Source: Escherichia coli
GTDB lineage: Bacteria; Pseudomonadota; Gammaproteobacteria; Enterobacterales; Enterobacteriaceae
Assembly: GCF_044324875.1 (NCBI RefSeq)
Contig: NZ_CP172185.1
Length of the DNA stretch: 64,000 nt
Strand: one strand, 5' to 3'
Position 1 is the first letter of the stretch. Each line of letters begins with the position of its first letter. This document shows, piece after piece, positions 45,328 to 53,523 of this stretch. Below the pieces are notes generated by a model, which saw only the letters and a list, made by a program, of their open reading frames with translations, did no database searches and was not told the DNA's origin. Made by a program: the position numbers and the translations under genes.

Positions 45328-45480
45328 AACGAATTGGAGTGGGTTAACATGGGTTCTGGTGAACAGAACTGAAATTCTTTTCCGCTATACGATAGATAAG
45401 TCGGGCATTGAAATCATCCTTCCTGGCAACTTAGAATCGAGTTTGCTGAAACATGACCCGCAACAAAAAGGATGATTCCA

Positions 45481-45642
45481 ATGACTACTCAAAACAATAA
45501 GCATGATAGCCTGGATTACTCAGAAAAGCCCAAAAGCAAGCACATCGTGACGTTCGAGCGCGATTCCGGTAGAAAAGGAGAATCGTCTTCCTCTGCCAAT
45601 AAAACCACTATGCCGGCAGCCCCTGCCCCAGGGAAAAAATAA
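45481..45642 (+). CDS. possible 53-aa hydrophilic protein (unsupported small ORF)
   Basis: ATG at 45481 is preceded by AAAGGA. The product MTTQNNKHDSLDYSEKPKSKH...PAAPAPGKK is low-complexity. The ORF is below the 60-aa track cutoff and converges on the 45646 gene with a 3-nt gap. Confidence 0.2.
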   Translation: MTTQNNKHDSLDYSEKPKSKHIVTFERDSGRKGESSSSANKTTMPAAPAPGKK

Positions 45643-45645
45643 ACA

Positions 45646-46278
45646 TCATTCATCGTTCGTTGCACGAACGCGCCTGATCTCCACTCTGGCAATCTGATCT
45701 GCTGGAATATAGGTTGCCAGAGCTCCCCAGTACTTATCAACCACGCCTTTATACTCTTCCCATTCGTTACTGCCTGAAGGGCTGCTGTGCGTGACGTAAA
45801 GAACCATATCGCCTTTATTCCCCAGGGTAAACGGACCGTTAGGCCACTCTTCAAAGTTCCCTGGCAGCCGTGACATCATACCGGAACCATCGCGAAGAAT
45901 CACTCTGACCTCGGTAACGCTGAAGCCTGTTTGATCAAACATTGCCTGCCATGCTGAGCTGGTATCGTCAGACCATGAAATATCATTATTCCACAGTAAT
46001 CTGTACATCCATTTGCGACCGTACCTGCGCCACCACGCACCGCATGTAACGGCACACAGAAGTGCTGGTGGTGTTGCCAGCCAGGCATTCAGACCTGCCC
46101 ACATAACAGCCTGGTAAGCCATCATTGCTGTCAGGCCAAAAATCAGCGAAGAAAAAGTCACCTCAATGGGCTTGTGGTGATCCTTCAGTCCCACATTCGC
46201 AATAAAATACCCAATATAGCCACTGGTCAGGGTCACCAGTGTTGCCCATGGCAGATTTAACAACGAAACGTCAAACAT
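45646..46278 (-). CDS. prophage left-end accessory membrane protein (about 3 TM N-domain plus about 110-aa soluble C-domain), function unknown
   Basis: ORF 45646..46356 trimmed to the ATG at 46278, preceded by GGGAGA, giving 210 aa. Hydrophobic segments include LVTLTSGYIGYFIANVGL, FSSLIFGLTAMMAYQAVMWAGL and PPALLCAVTCGAWW. It lies downstream of the mor terminator and is the last gene before the phage end. Confidence 0.7.
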   Translation of the reverse strand: MFDVSLLNLPWATLVTLTSGYIGYFIANVGLKDHHKPIEVTFSSLIFGLTAMMAYQAVMWAGLNAWLATPPALLCAVTCGAWWRRYGRKWMYRLLWNNDISWSDDTSSAWQAMFDQTGFSVTEVRVILRDGSGMMSRLPGNFEEWPNGPFTLGNKGDMVLYVTHSSPSGSNEWEEYKGVVDKYWGALATYIPADQIARVEIRRVRATNDE

Positions 46279-46316
46279 ATTTTCTCCCTGCATCCTGAAT
46301 ACTAAAGAGAGAGCAT

Positions 46317-46350
46317 AAAAAAAGCACGGTAAGGGGTCTACCGTGCTTTT
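46317..46350 (-). terminator. rho-independent terminator ending the early operon after mor
   Basis: Stem GCACGGTA / TACCGTGC (46324-46331 and 46339-46346) with a 7-nt loop. On the minus strand it is followed by 7 T (A-run 46317-46323). It starts 43 nt downstream of the mor stop. Confidence 0.65.
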
Positions 46351-46392
46351 ATACAATAAGGAGATTTTTGAAAGGACTTTAACAAGCAGGAA

Positions 46393-46791
46393 TTATCTGG
46401 ATTTGTTAACGTCTTTCGTCTCCTCTGGCAGATCTTCATCAAACAACCTGCCCTGCATCCGATCCAGTTCTTCTTTTCTGACCCGCTTAACCACGCTGTA
46501 GACCCACTGAAGCGAAACACCAAACTTGCGGGCCAGTTCGTGGTGGTTGCGTCCGTTAAACTCCCTGAAGATTTCCCGGTCGCGCTGACTGACCTTCCAT
46601 ACCATGCCCATCGGGAAATAAACGTTTTGCCCGCCCCAGACCTGCATCATTCGGTTCGCGACGGCCTGACCAATCTGGTCGGCAATTGCGGGCTCAATAT
46701 CAATAATCTCGCGAACGGTCTCAGAGGTATGCTGTGCCAGCTCCACCAGGAGTTCCGGCCCTTTACTTCGAAACTGATTCAGGTCGCTCAT
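46393..46791 (-). CDS. mor: Mor-family transcriptional activator
   Basis: 132 aa. The C-terminal half (GGQNVYFPMG...REFNGRNHHELARKFGVSLQWVYSVVKRVR) resembles the phage Mu Mor/C HTH region. Confidence 0.85.
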   Translation of the reverse strand: MSDLNQFRSKGPELLVELAQHTSETVREIIDIEPAIADQIGQAVANRMMQVWGGQNVYFPMGMVWKVSQRDREIFREFNGRNHHELARKFGVSLQWVYSVVKRVRKEELDRMQGRLFDEDLPEETKDVNKSR

Positions 46792-47215
46792 GTTTTACTC
46801 CCGCAGCTCTGTGCTGCCACTTCTTCAGTTTCTCAATAACACTGCTTGCCTGTTCAGTATTGAGCCAGCGCAGGGCGCTGATGCCCGTTTCCCGCTTGAT
46901 CCACCGCGCTAATGCATTTTCTGAACGGTCACGAACAATGCCGGCAGCAGCCATTTCAAGCCATAGCGCACGGATTTTCCTGGACTGCGGATGGTTATCC
47001 AGCGGTAAACCGGAGCTGGCTTTTCCGGCAGGCTTAACGCGAAAGCCTTTCCTTTTCATGGATTCCAGCACGCAGTTTAGTTGTGTGGTATCCATTCCTT
47101 TGGTTGAGGCTTTACCGGTCAGCCCCTGTAACATCTGGCGATAGGTGTCTTCATCCATACCCAGTTCATTACGGGCAATATGAATGAGCTGGATAAGACG
47201 TTGTTTAGTCATCAT
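46763..47215 (-). CDS. GemA-like (Mu gp16, DUF1018) regulatory protein
   Basis: ORF trimmed to the ATG at 47215, preceded by AAGGAG, giving 150 aa. The motifs LIQLIHIARNELGMDEDTYRQML and QSRKIRALWLEM are typical of the GemA family. It sits next to mor, as in Mu. Confidence 0.7.
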   Translation of the reverse strand: MMTKQRLIQLIHIARNELGMDEDTYRQMLQGLTGKASTKGMDTTQLNCVLESMKRKGFRVKPAGKASSGLPLDNHPQSRKIRALWLEMAAAGIVRDRSENALARWIKRETGISALRWLNTEQASSVIEKLKKWQHRAAGVKHERPESVSK

Positions 47216-47420
47216 CGTTGCTCCTTTTACCTGCGCCACCGATATAATCGACATATAAAGGAAGCGCCACAGGCCAGCACAGGAACATCACCGACCAGCT
47301 AATCCAGTAGCCGGCACCACTGTAACGTGAATAAAACCCTGAACGGCGGTGCAGTTCAGCAGTACACCAACCGACAAAACAATACCAGAACAGGGCACAT
47401 ACAACAGATTCAGCCGTCAT
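47205..47420 (-). CDS. small two-TM membrane protein, unknown function
   Basis: 71 aa from the ATG at 47420 (MTAESVVCALFWYCFVGWCTAEL...ISWSVMFLCWPVALPLYV). It overlaps both neighbours, consistent with translational coupling. Confidence 0.5.
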   Translation of the reverse strand: MTAESVVCALFWYCFVGWCTAELHRRSGFYSRYSGAGYWISWSVMFLCWPVALPLYVDYIGGAGKRSNDDD

Positions 47421-47640
47421 TCTGAATATCCCCCCAACTGATATGAATATTACGGGCAGCAATGACAGGGTCGTTATTCCACCATGCACCTGACATGTAT
47501 TTTTCAACCTGTTCGCGTCCGGCAATAACACCAATTGTGATCCCCGGCCTGACGTTCTTAAAAAAGGCGCGGGCAAAAAGGTATCTGGCAGATATTCGGC
47601 AGGCTTTTAATTTCCGGCTGTTACCTGATAGCGTAATCAT
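47410..47640 (-). CDS. hypothetical early protein
   Basis: 76-aa ORF whose ATG overlaps the upstream stop (ATGA). No motif was recognised. Confidence 0.5.
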   Translation of the reverse strand: MITLSGNSRKLKACRISARYLFARAFFKNVRPGITIGVIAGREQVEKYMSGAWWNNDPVIAARNIHISWGDIQNDG

Positions 47641-48320
47641 CTGGCCTCCAGTTTCTGTTGTTCCTGCCCACTGACCGGGCGGTGCAGTCTGACGTTCTGC
47701 CCTTCACGAAACCCCGCATAGCGCGAGGCGTCGCCATTGCGGCTTCTTCCCGGTTTACGCGCCCTGGTGGTTTGCGTCTGCGGGTATTTATGTTCCAGCC
47801 ACTGCTGCATCAGTTCACGCTCATCATCGGTCAGGGCAAAGGACTGTATTTCACTGATAACGGCCAGCACCCAGCCTTCGGCAAACTGGTCTCCACGGCT
47901 GGTGCGGGTGGCGGTTTTTATTCTTTTGTTCTGTGCACTGATATACTGCTGACGCGCCTTTTTCAGCTGACGGGCCAGCACTTCCCAGGTGTATGCAGCC
48001 AGTGCCGCACGTTCCCGGTTGCCGTAGAACCCCACAGACGGATGCGTGCCGGGGTGAATGATGGAGTTAACACCAAATACCTCGCGGATGATGTTCATCA
48101 GGCCTGGCATGTAGCGCGGTGGACGGAGACTGCCTGTCGGCCAGTAGTGACTGATGGTTTCATCAATATCACTCATAGCAATGTCGGAATGTGTGATGCC
48201 GTGAACATCCATCAGTTTACGGGCTCGGCGCAGTGCCAGAGCGGCCTCGTGCGGGTTGCCGGATGCGGCCAGCGCCAGCAACTTTTTCAGTTTCTCAATG
48301 TGTTTATTCTGGTCTGTCAT
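47637..48320 (-). CDS. DUF2786-like early protein
   Basis: ORF trimmed to the ATG at 48320 (ATGA overlap with the upstream stop), giving 227 aa. The N-terminus IEKLKKLLALAASGNPHEAALALRRARKLM is the DUF2786 signature as I recall it. Confidence 0.6.
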   Translation of the reverse strand: MTDQNKHIEKLKKLLALAASGNPHEAALALRRARKLMDVHGITHSDIAMSDIDETISHYWPTGSLRPPRYMPGLMNIIREVFGVNSIIHPGTHPSVGFYGNRERAALAAYTWEVLARQLKKARQQYISAQNKRIKTATRTSRGDQFAEGWVLAVISEIQSFALTDDERELMQQWLEHKYPQTQTTRARKPGRSRNGDASRYAGFREGQNVRLHRPVSGQEQQKLEAR

Positions 48321-48532
48321 TGTTCTGTATCTCCGGTATTTTTCTGCCGTTTCCATGCCCGGACAGCGTCGGACAGCTCTTTCAGGCTGTATGCTGCTTT
48401 AAGCTTTTCCCATAACCACTGTGTTGTTATGTGCATCAGCAGGGCAGCCAGGGCTGCCCCCGCACTGAGGCATGTCGCCAGGCCAGTAAGAATCAGTATC
48501 CATGCGGTGATTTCCCTGAGTATGTCAGCCAT
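48317..48532 (-). CDS. small single-pass membrane protein
   Basis: 71 aa with the TM segment ITAWILILTGLATCLSAGAALAALLM. Confidence 0.5.
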   Translation of the reverse strand: MADILREITAWILILTGLATCLSAGAALAALLMHITTQWLWEKLKAAYSLKELSDAVRAWKRQKNTGDTEQ

Positions 48533-48546
48533 TGAATGCCTCCCGG

Positions 48547-48843
48547 TTACTCGTTCGTGTAAATCACGCCCAGTCGTGCAGCCAGACGTTCCAGTTTTTT
48601 CTGTTTGTGGAAGTCAATCAGCCGGTCCATCCCCTGAAGGCGCAATTGCTCTGTCATGATTTCCACGTCTGCCAGCTCTGCCGCGAGGTCGCTTTCGCTG
48701 CCCTGTCCGTTCAGATTGCGGGCAGCACTGGCCGCCAGTTCAGCGGCCTCTTCTGTCAGTTTCAGGGCCTGTGCGTCCGGCCCGAAACGCTGCAGGGCCA
48801 GACGGTAGAGGGCGGTGCGGGTGAGTATGGTGTTCCGTGTCAT
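48547..48843 (-). CDS. MazG-like all-alpha nucleoside triphosphate pyrophosphohydrolase
   Basis: 98 aa. It carries the metal-binding pattern E-E-x2-E (LTEEAAEL) and E-x2-D (AAELADVEIM), typical of small phage MazG-like proteins. Confidence 0.6.
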   Translation of the reverse strand: MTRNTILTRTALYRLALQRFGPDAQALKLTEEAAELAASAARNLNGQGSESDLAAELADVEIMTEQLRLQGMDRLIDFHKQKKLERLAARLGVIYTNE

Positions 48844-48852
48844 GCCGCGCCC

Positions 48853-49125
48853 TCAGTGCTTCCGGCTGACGGTGATGTGCAGGCCGCCTTCTGCAGTGGT
48901 TTCCATCCGGTACGGCACCTCATGCTCTGCCGTGTGGGTGAGTGTGTTCATCAGTACCTGCAGGGCAGCCGCCTTTCCGTTGGTTGCCACAATGGCCTGT
49001 GTGGTCATGCTGATTAGCGCCGTCAGGACGTGCTTCACATCGGTGAGGTCGCGGCATTCACACTCGTTGACATAGTGTTCAACAAGGGTTCGGGTGCGCT
49101 GTCGTGCTTCCTGTGGGGTAATCAT
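48853..49125 (-). CDS. hypothetical early protein
   Basis: 90-aa ORF whose start overlaps the upstream stop (ATGA). No motif was recognised. Confidence 0.5.
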   Translation of the reverse strand: MITPQEARQRTRTLVEHYVNECECRDLTDVKHVLTALISMTTQAIVATNGKAAALQVLMNTLTHTAEHEVPYRMETTAEGGLHITVSRKH

Positions 49126-49316
49126 TGCGAGTCCTCCCTGTCAGGGCGGGAGAATTCCATGACGGGCACGTCTGCCGAAAAATGCTGGCTGCAGTACGGG
49201 CAGACCAGGGTGACGCGTACCGCAGGGATGTGGTATTTACCGGACATCACGGCGATGGCGCTGTGAAAACGCAGGGCTGTTATATCCCTCTCGCACTGAA
49301 TACATTTAAATATCAT
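49122..49316 (-). CDS. zinc-ribbon protein
   Basis: 64 aa with two CxxC pairs (CIQC ... CPYC), preceded by GAGGAG. Confidence 0.5.
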   Translation of the reverse strand: MIFKCIQCERDITALRFHSAIAVMSGKYHIPAVRVTLVCPYCSQHFSADVPVMEFSRPDREDSQ

Positions 49317-49413
49317 GATTTAATTCTCCTCTGTTTCCGGCGTGCAGAAGCCCGCGGCGCTGACGCCGGAATAAAAAAGAAAATGTTTTTATTAAATAAT
49401 TAACGTGGTGTGT

Positions 49414-49944
49414 TTACTGCACATCCTGCTCAAAAGGAATTATTGAAAAATCCTCAATGTCGCTTTTAATGGAAATACCGGGAATATTTTTCACGGCCTC
49501 TTTTTCATTCAGGATAGCGTCTTTATTTATTTCCTCTTTTACACGAATAAAGCGCTCAAGCCCCAGACGTCTCAGTAATTCAATAACATTATCCGCCCCA
49601 CGGATACTGACTGATGGCGGACGGTTTCGCCACTGCACCTCGCCGGTGGTAAGGTTAGCGAACTTCACCTTCCCGTTGCCGGTCAGTTCATCACGGTGCG
49701 CCTCACACCATGTCTGGATACCGGACTGCAGTTCGGCCATGCGTTTTTTCAGGCTCTCGGTGAGCGGGGCATAACGTGCGGTGATATCGCCAATGGCGTC
49801 ATTCATTTCTGTTTCAGCCCTGACCAGTTCACGTTGTGCGTCACCGAGTAGTCTGATTCCCTCAATGACCTCTTCGCGTGTCCCTGGTACCCAGAGTGCC
49901 GCTGCGGCCTTGATACGTTTTGCCCCTTTTGTACTTTTTGCCAT
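49414..49944 (-). CDS. gam: host-nuclease inhibitor Gam (Mu Gam / Ku-like)
   Basis: 176 aa. It is collinear with Mu Gam from my memory of that sequence: MAK..KRIK.AAA, ETEMNDAI, WCEA.RDELT..GKVK.ANL.TG, W..RPPSVSIRG, RLGLERFIR, EDFSIIPFEQ. Confidence 0.9.
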   Translation of the reverse strand: MAKSTKGAKRIKAAAALWVPGTREEVIEGIRLLGDAQRELVRAETEMNDAIGDITARYAPLTESLKKRMAELQSGIQTWCEAHRDELTGNGKVKFANLTTGEVQWRNRPPSVSIRGADNVIELLRRLGLERFIRVKEEINKDAILNEKEAVKNIPGISIKSDIEDFSIIPFEQDVQ

Positions 49945-49971
49945 ATTTTATGATTTCTCCGGTTGTGCTGA

Positions 49972-50241
49972 TTACCACAAAGATTCCGGCCACACGACGC
50001 GACAGCCGTGCAGTTCGAAAACGCCCTGACGGAAATATCCCCTGTGGTCATGTCCGGTATACAGATAACAGGCCTTTCCCTGCTCAAGCATGCGCATGCA
50101 ATGCGCACTCCGGGAAACGCGGATGACAGGTTTGTTACCCCTGATGGTGATGCTTTGTACATCCGTGTTCGTCGCCTTAAGCGCCATAATGGCTGACTGC
50201 ACTTTGCTGATTTGCTGGTTGATACCTGTGGTGGATTTCAT
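49972..50241 (-). CDS. hypothetical early protein
   Basis: 89-aa ORF immediately after the B-like ATPase gene (stop 50244, start 50241). No motif was recognised. Confidence 0.5.
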   Translation of the reverse strand: MKSTTGINQQISKVQSAIMALKATNTDVQSITIRGNKPVIRVSRSAHCMRMLEQGKACYLYTGHDHRGYFRQGVFELHGCRVVWPESLW

Positions 50242-50243
50242 TA

Positions 50244-51410
50244 TTAAACTCCTTTGACAACGTCAGCGTTGACCTGTGGAACCCCGATTTCAGCGGCCAG
50301 ATTCATGGCGGCTATTACCAGGTTACTGACGGCCAGCGGATACAGCAGGCTGACCATATTTTTACGATGACTTCCCGGATTGCTCAGGCGGGCACGTATG
50401 GCATCCACTGCGCTGGCGTCCATAATGTCCGTCAGTTGTTTACCGGCCCGTTGCAGTTTGAACGTCAGAAATTCTTCAAGGTTATTGTCCAGAGGCAGAA
50501 GTTCGACCACCTCACAGCGCTGAACGACTTCACGGACTTCCATATTGCGTTCAGACAGTTTTGTCGCCAGTTCCGGCTGGCCAATCAGCACGATGGACAG
50601 CAGTTTTTTGAAACCGGACTCCAGCTCAAAAAAGCGTTTGAGGTGTTTCAGTGTCGGAATGGGCAGACTGTGGGCCTCCTCAATCACCAGAACGTGGCTG
50701 AACCCCGCCTGGCTGCTGTCTTTCAGGACGCGATGCAACTGGCGAAAGCGGGCGTCCTGACTGCGTCTGATGCTTTCCAGTGGTGCGATGGTACTGATAA
50801 TGGCTTCGGCAATAGCTGCTGCCTTCAGGGTTTTCCCTTTCACATCGTTGTCTTCCATAGCGATGATGTATGGCTCGATAACAATTACCGGCGCATTCTC
50901 GCGGTTAATACGTTCAGTCAGGTCGCGGCGCAGCGTGGATTTACCCGCACCGGACTCACCGATGACGGCCATAAACCCACCATGACGGGCTGTCTGGTAC
51001 AGCGCCTCACGCACGTAGCGAATGTCCGGGGTGGTGAACACATCATCAGAACCCTGCATGGCTTCATCGGCGAACGGGTCACGGAAAAGACCAAACGCTT
51101 TTTTGGTTGCTGGAAATAACACCTGTTTTTTGAGTAACATATTCTCTTCCTCACTGAGGCTCGTTTTATCTGTGGTACCCGCTGTACGGGGCGTGGCCGC
51201 GCCCTGTACAGCATCAAAACTCTTCGTTGTATCAATCCCCTGACTTTCCAGCCAGGACGCAAGACGCCGGCGCACTTCTCCGGGGCTGGTGCGGGGCCAC
51301 GCGTTATGATTCACAATCTGGGCCAGCGTGGCCTCAGAAACATCGACAGCTCTCGCCGCCACCGCCTGTGGAATACGGGCCTCTTTCAGTTGCTGCTTCA
51401 GTACCAGCAT
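50244..51410 (-). CDS. transposition ATPase (MuB analogue, ExeA/AAA_22-type)
   Basis: ORF trimmed to the ATG at 51410, preceded by GAGGAGGG, giving 388 aa. It has an N-terminal HTH-like segment, Walker A GESGAGKST and Walker B HVLVIEEAH. It lies directly downstream of the transposase gene. Confidence 0.85.
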   Translation of the reverse strand: MLVLKQQLKEARIPQAVAARAVDVSEATLAQIVNHNAWPRTSPGEVRRRLASWLESQGIDTTKSFDAVQGAATPRTAGTTDKTSLSEEENMLLKKQVLFPATKKAFGLFRDPFADEAMQGSDDVFTTPDIRYVREALYQTARHGGFMAVIGESGAGKSTLRRDLTERINRENAPVIVIEPYIIAMEDNDVKGKTLKAAAIAEAIISTIAPLESIRRSQDARFRQLHRVLKDSSQAGFSHVLVIEEAHSLPIPTLKHLKRFFELESGFKKLLSIVLIGQPELATKLSERNMEVREVVQRCEVVELLPLDNNLEEFLTFKLQRAGKQLTDIMDASAVDAIRARLSNPGSHRKNMVSLLYPLAVSNLVIAAMNLAAEIGVPQVNADVVKGV

Positions 51411-51420
51411 GTTTCCCTCC

Positions 51421-53190
51421 TCAGTTGCCGTTAACAATGCTGATAACGCTGCTGCGGGCCGGCGTGGTCAGCGTGGCCATGACTTCATCCAGTGCGGCTT
51501 CCGGTACGCCGTCCGGGTACTGTGCTGTTAACTGGCGGTAATGTTCCGGCGTCCAGGTCAGGCCGTCGGCGCTGAACTTATCGCGCAGGGCTTTCGCGGC
51601 CTCCACATGAGTCATGGGACGCTGTTCAGTGCGCGGTCCGCGTACGTCAGAGGCCTGACCACGCTTCGGTATACAGGCCGGAAGTGTGGCGTCATCAATA
51701 TGTTTATACGGGTCAAGCCGCCCGCCGAACGGCAGCGCCTTCGCCTTGCGTGCGGCAGCTGCATCTGCGGCGTTGTCTGTACCGGTGACCAGCGCTTCGG
51801 TTTCTTTTGCCGCCATCTGCGCCGGGGTTTCCGGCAGGGCTTTGTAACTTTCGCCAAATACCGCCGCGCCTTCAGCAAAGCCAAACTCGTTCTTTCTGAC
51901 CTCTTCGACCAGGAAGAACGTCTCGTGGCCGTCCTCACCGGTCAGAACCACCTGTGCCACATCGCTGCGCCACGGGTTACGGGTAATCATCAGTTTTTCA
52001 CCGACCAGTACGCCCGGTACCGTTGATACGTCAAATTCAGTGCCCCGGAACGAGACACGAAGTTTTGGCGTGACTTTGCGGAGTTCTGGTGCCGCCACAG
52101 CCAGTTCACGACATACCTCAACGGAAGGCGCTTTTTTCAGCTGCTCAGCAGTAATCTTCAGCCAGATATCCGTGCGGGTTTTACCGTGGCGGCTGTGAAC
52201 AGCCGTGGCGTTAAAGTGGCTGCGCCATTTCGCGGCCAGCGCGTTGAGTTCTTCCAGACTGTGAACCGGCCGGAACTTCAGACCCGGCTCCAGCTTGCGT
52301 TCGATAATGTCACGCGCCTTTTCCACCTGTCCGGTGGCGCGGGCGTTATGCGGCTTGTGCGCTATCAGGTCGATGCCCAGTGAGCGGCACATGTTTTTCG
52401 TCATACCCGCGGTGTTTGCCGAGCCGGGGTCGAGATAGAGTATTTTTGGCACGCCGTGCAGCACGTCTGCGCCGCCACGCTCCTGCATGGCGTTGATAAG
52501 CACAGAACACAGGTTCTCACCGGATTCCGCACCCGTCACATACTCAACGTAAATCCAGCCGCTGGCATGGTCGGTAATCTCGTAACTCCACACGCGGTCA
52601 CTGGCGATACGGGCAAGGTTAGCGGGCTTGTTTTTGTAGAATTTCGCGCTGTCCATCACCTGCAGCCCTTTATGTCCATTGCTCAGGTAGTAAAGCGTGC
52701 AGAGTGAGGCGTCAATCTGCCAGACATGATTGGGGTGCAGACTGGCCACTTCGGTATGCGGTGCAGGGGCATCCAGTTGTTCCGGGTGCAGGCCATAGTT
52801 ACGCAGGGCACGACTGATGGCATCTTCGGACAACGGGAAAAACTCACCGGTGGTTTCATCTGTTCTGCCTGCGGAGATAAAGCCGTTAGCCCGCAGGGTT
52901 TCCACTGCATCCGCGATGGAATAGAGACGCTTACCGTTCTTGCGGGTGGCCTCACGTAGTGTGGCAGATATCAGCGCGGCTTCGTCGCGGGTCAGGGTGC
53001 TGCGTCCGGCATCGGCGCGTTTTTTGCGTTTATCAGTCACAGAGACCTCCTTCAGCCTGCGCAGCAGAGTGGCGCGGGACATGCCAAGTTCAGCACAGGC
53101 AGCGTCGTATATTGCACCGCGTTTACCATGCCCCGCATTACGTGCCGCGCGGGCTGTTTCAACAAGTTTTTCAGTCAGTGCCGGGGTCAT
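51421..53190 (-). CDS. DDE transposase (MuA analogue, rve/integrase core)
   Basis: 589 aa with an N-terminal HTH (MSRATLLRRLKEV). The catalytic triad candidates are D in VWQIDAS, D in LYLDPGS and E 36 residues later (GQVEKA), which is the D-x35-E spacing. Confidence 0.9.
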   Translation of the reverse strand: MTPALTEKLVETARAARNAGHGKRGAIYDAACAELGMSRATLLRRLKEVSVTDKRKKRADAGRSTLTRDEAALISATLREATRKNGKRLYSIADAVETLRANGFISAGRTDETTGEFFPLSEDAISRALRNYGLHPEQLDAPAPHTEVASLHPNHVWQIDASLCTLYYLSNGHKGLQVMDSAKFYKNKPANLARIASDRVWSYEITDHASGWIYVEYVTGAESGENLCSVLINAMQERGGADVLHGVPKILYLDPGSANTAGMTKNMCRSLGIDLIAHKPHNARATGQVEKARDIIERKLEPGLKFRPVHSLEELNALAAKWRSHFNATAVHSRHGKTRTDIWLKITAEQLKKAPSVEVCRELAVAAPELRKVTPKLRVSFRGTEFDVSTVPGVLVGEKLMITRNPWRSDVAQVVLTGEDGHETFFLVEEVRKNEFGFAEGAAVFGESYKALPETPAQMAAKETEALVTGTDNAADAAAARKAKALPFGGRLDPYKHIDDATLPACIPKRGQASDVRGPRTEQRPMTHVEAAKALRDKFSADGLTWTPEHYRQLTAQYPDGVPEAALDEVMATLTTPARSSVISIVNGN

Positions 53191-53205
53191 AGCTTGTCTT
53201 CCCTG

Positions 53206-53523
53206 TTATCCGATTCTGGCGGCAATTTTTCTGGCACGGTCGCGCAGGGTTTCGCCATCGCAGGTTTTCACCACGTTATTTACCGGTTGCGGCGCAACTG
53301 CCGGGCGCAATGCTGACTGATGCTGCAGACGTCTTATCTGCTGCATCAGCATCACTTCCATCGTCAGTACAAACGGATGCGCCTCCTGTGCGGGTACGCA
53401 GATTTCACCGGAAGGTGTCACCACGCGGAAACCCTGCACCATCTCCGGCAGCAGATTACACAGTGCGTGCCCCAGTGCCTCCGGGCTGTCCATCAGGATA
53501 TTTTGTGTGTTATCCGTGTTCAT
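53206..53523 (-). CDS. hypothetical early protein
   Basis: 105-aa ORF whose start overlaps the upstream stop (TAATG). Confidence 0.5.
   Translation of the reverse strand: MNTDNTQNILMDSPEALGHALCNLLPEMVQGFRVVTPSGEICVPAQEAHPFVLTMEVMLMQQIRRLQHQSALRPAVAPQPVNNVVKTCDGETLRDRARKIAARIG

Noticed and set aside
45516-45854. 112-aa minus-strand ORF at the prophage left end
   Set aside because: It overlaps the 210-aa membrane protein gene in another frame and has no RBS. The membrane protein frame has a good RBS and coherent TM segments.
47658-48659. 333-aa plus-strand ORF across the prophage early region
   Set aside because: It runs antisense across four tightly coupled minus-strand genes, one with a recognisable DUF2786-like N-terminus. 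It has no RBS and its composition is typical of a GC-skewed shadow frame.
50367-51119. 250-aa plus-strand ORF
   Set aside because: It is antisense to the B-like AAA+ ATPase gene, whose Walker A and Walker B motifs identify the true coding strand.
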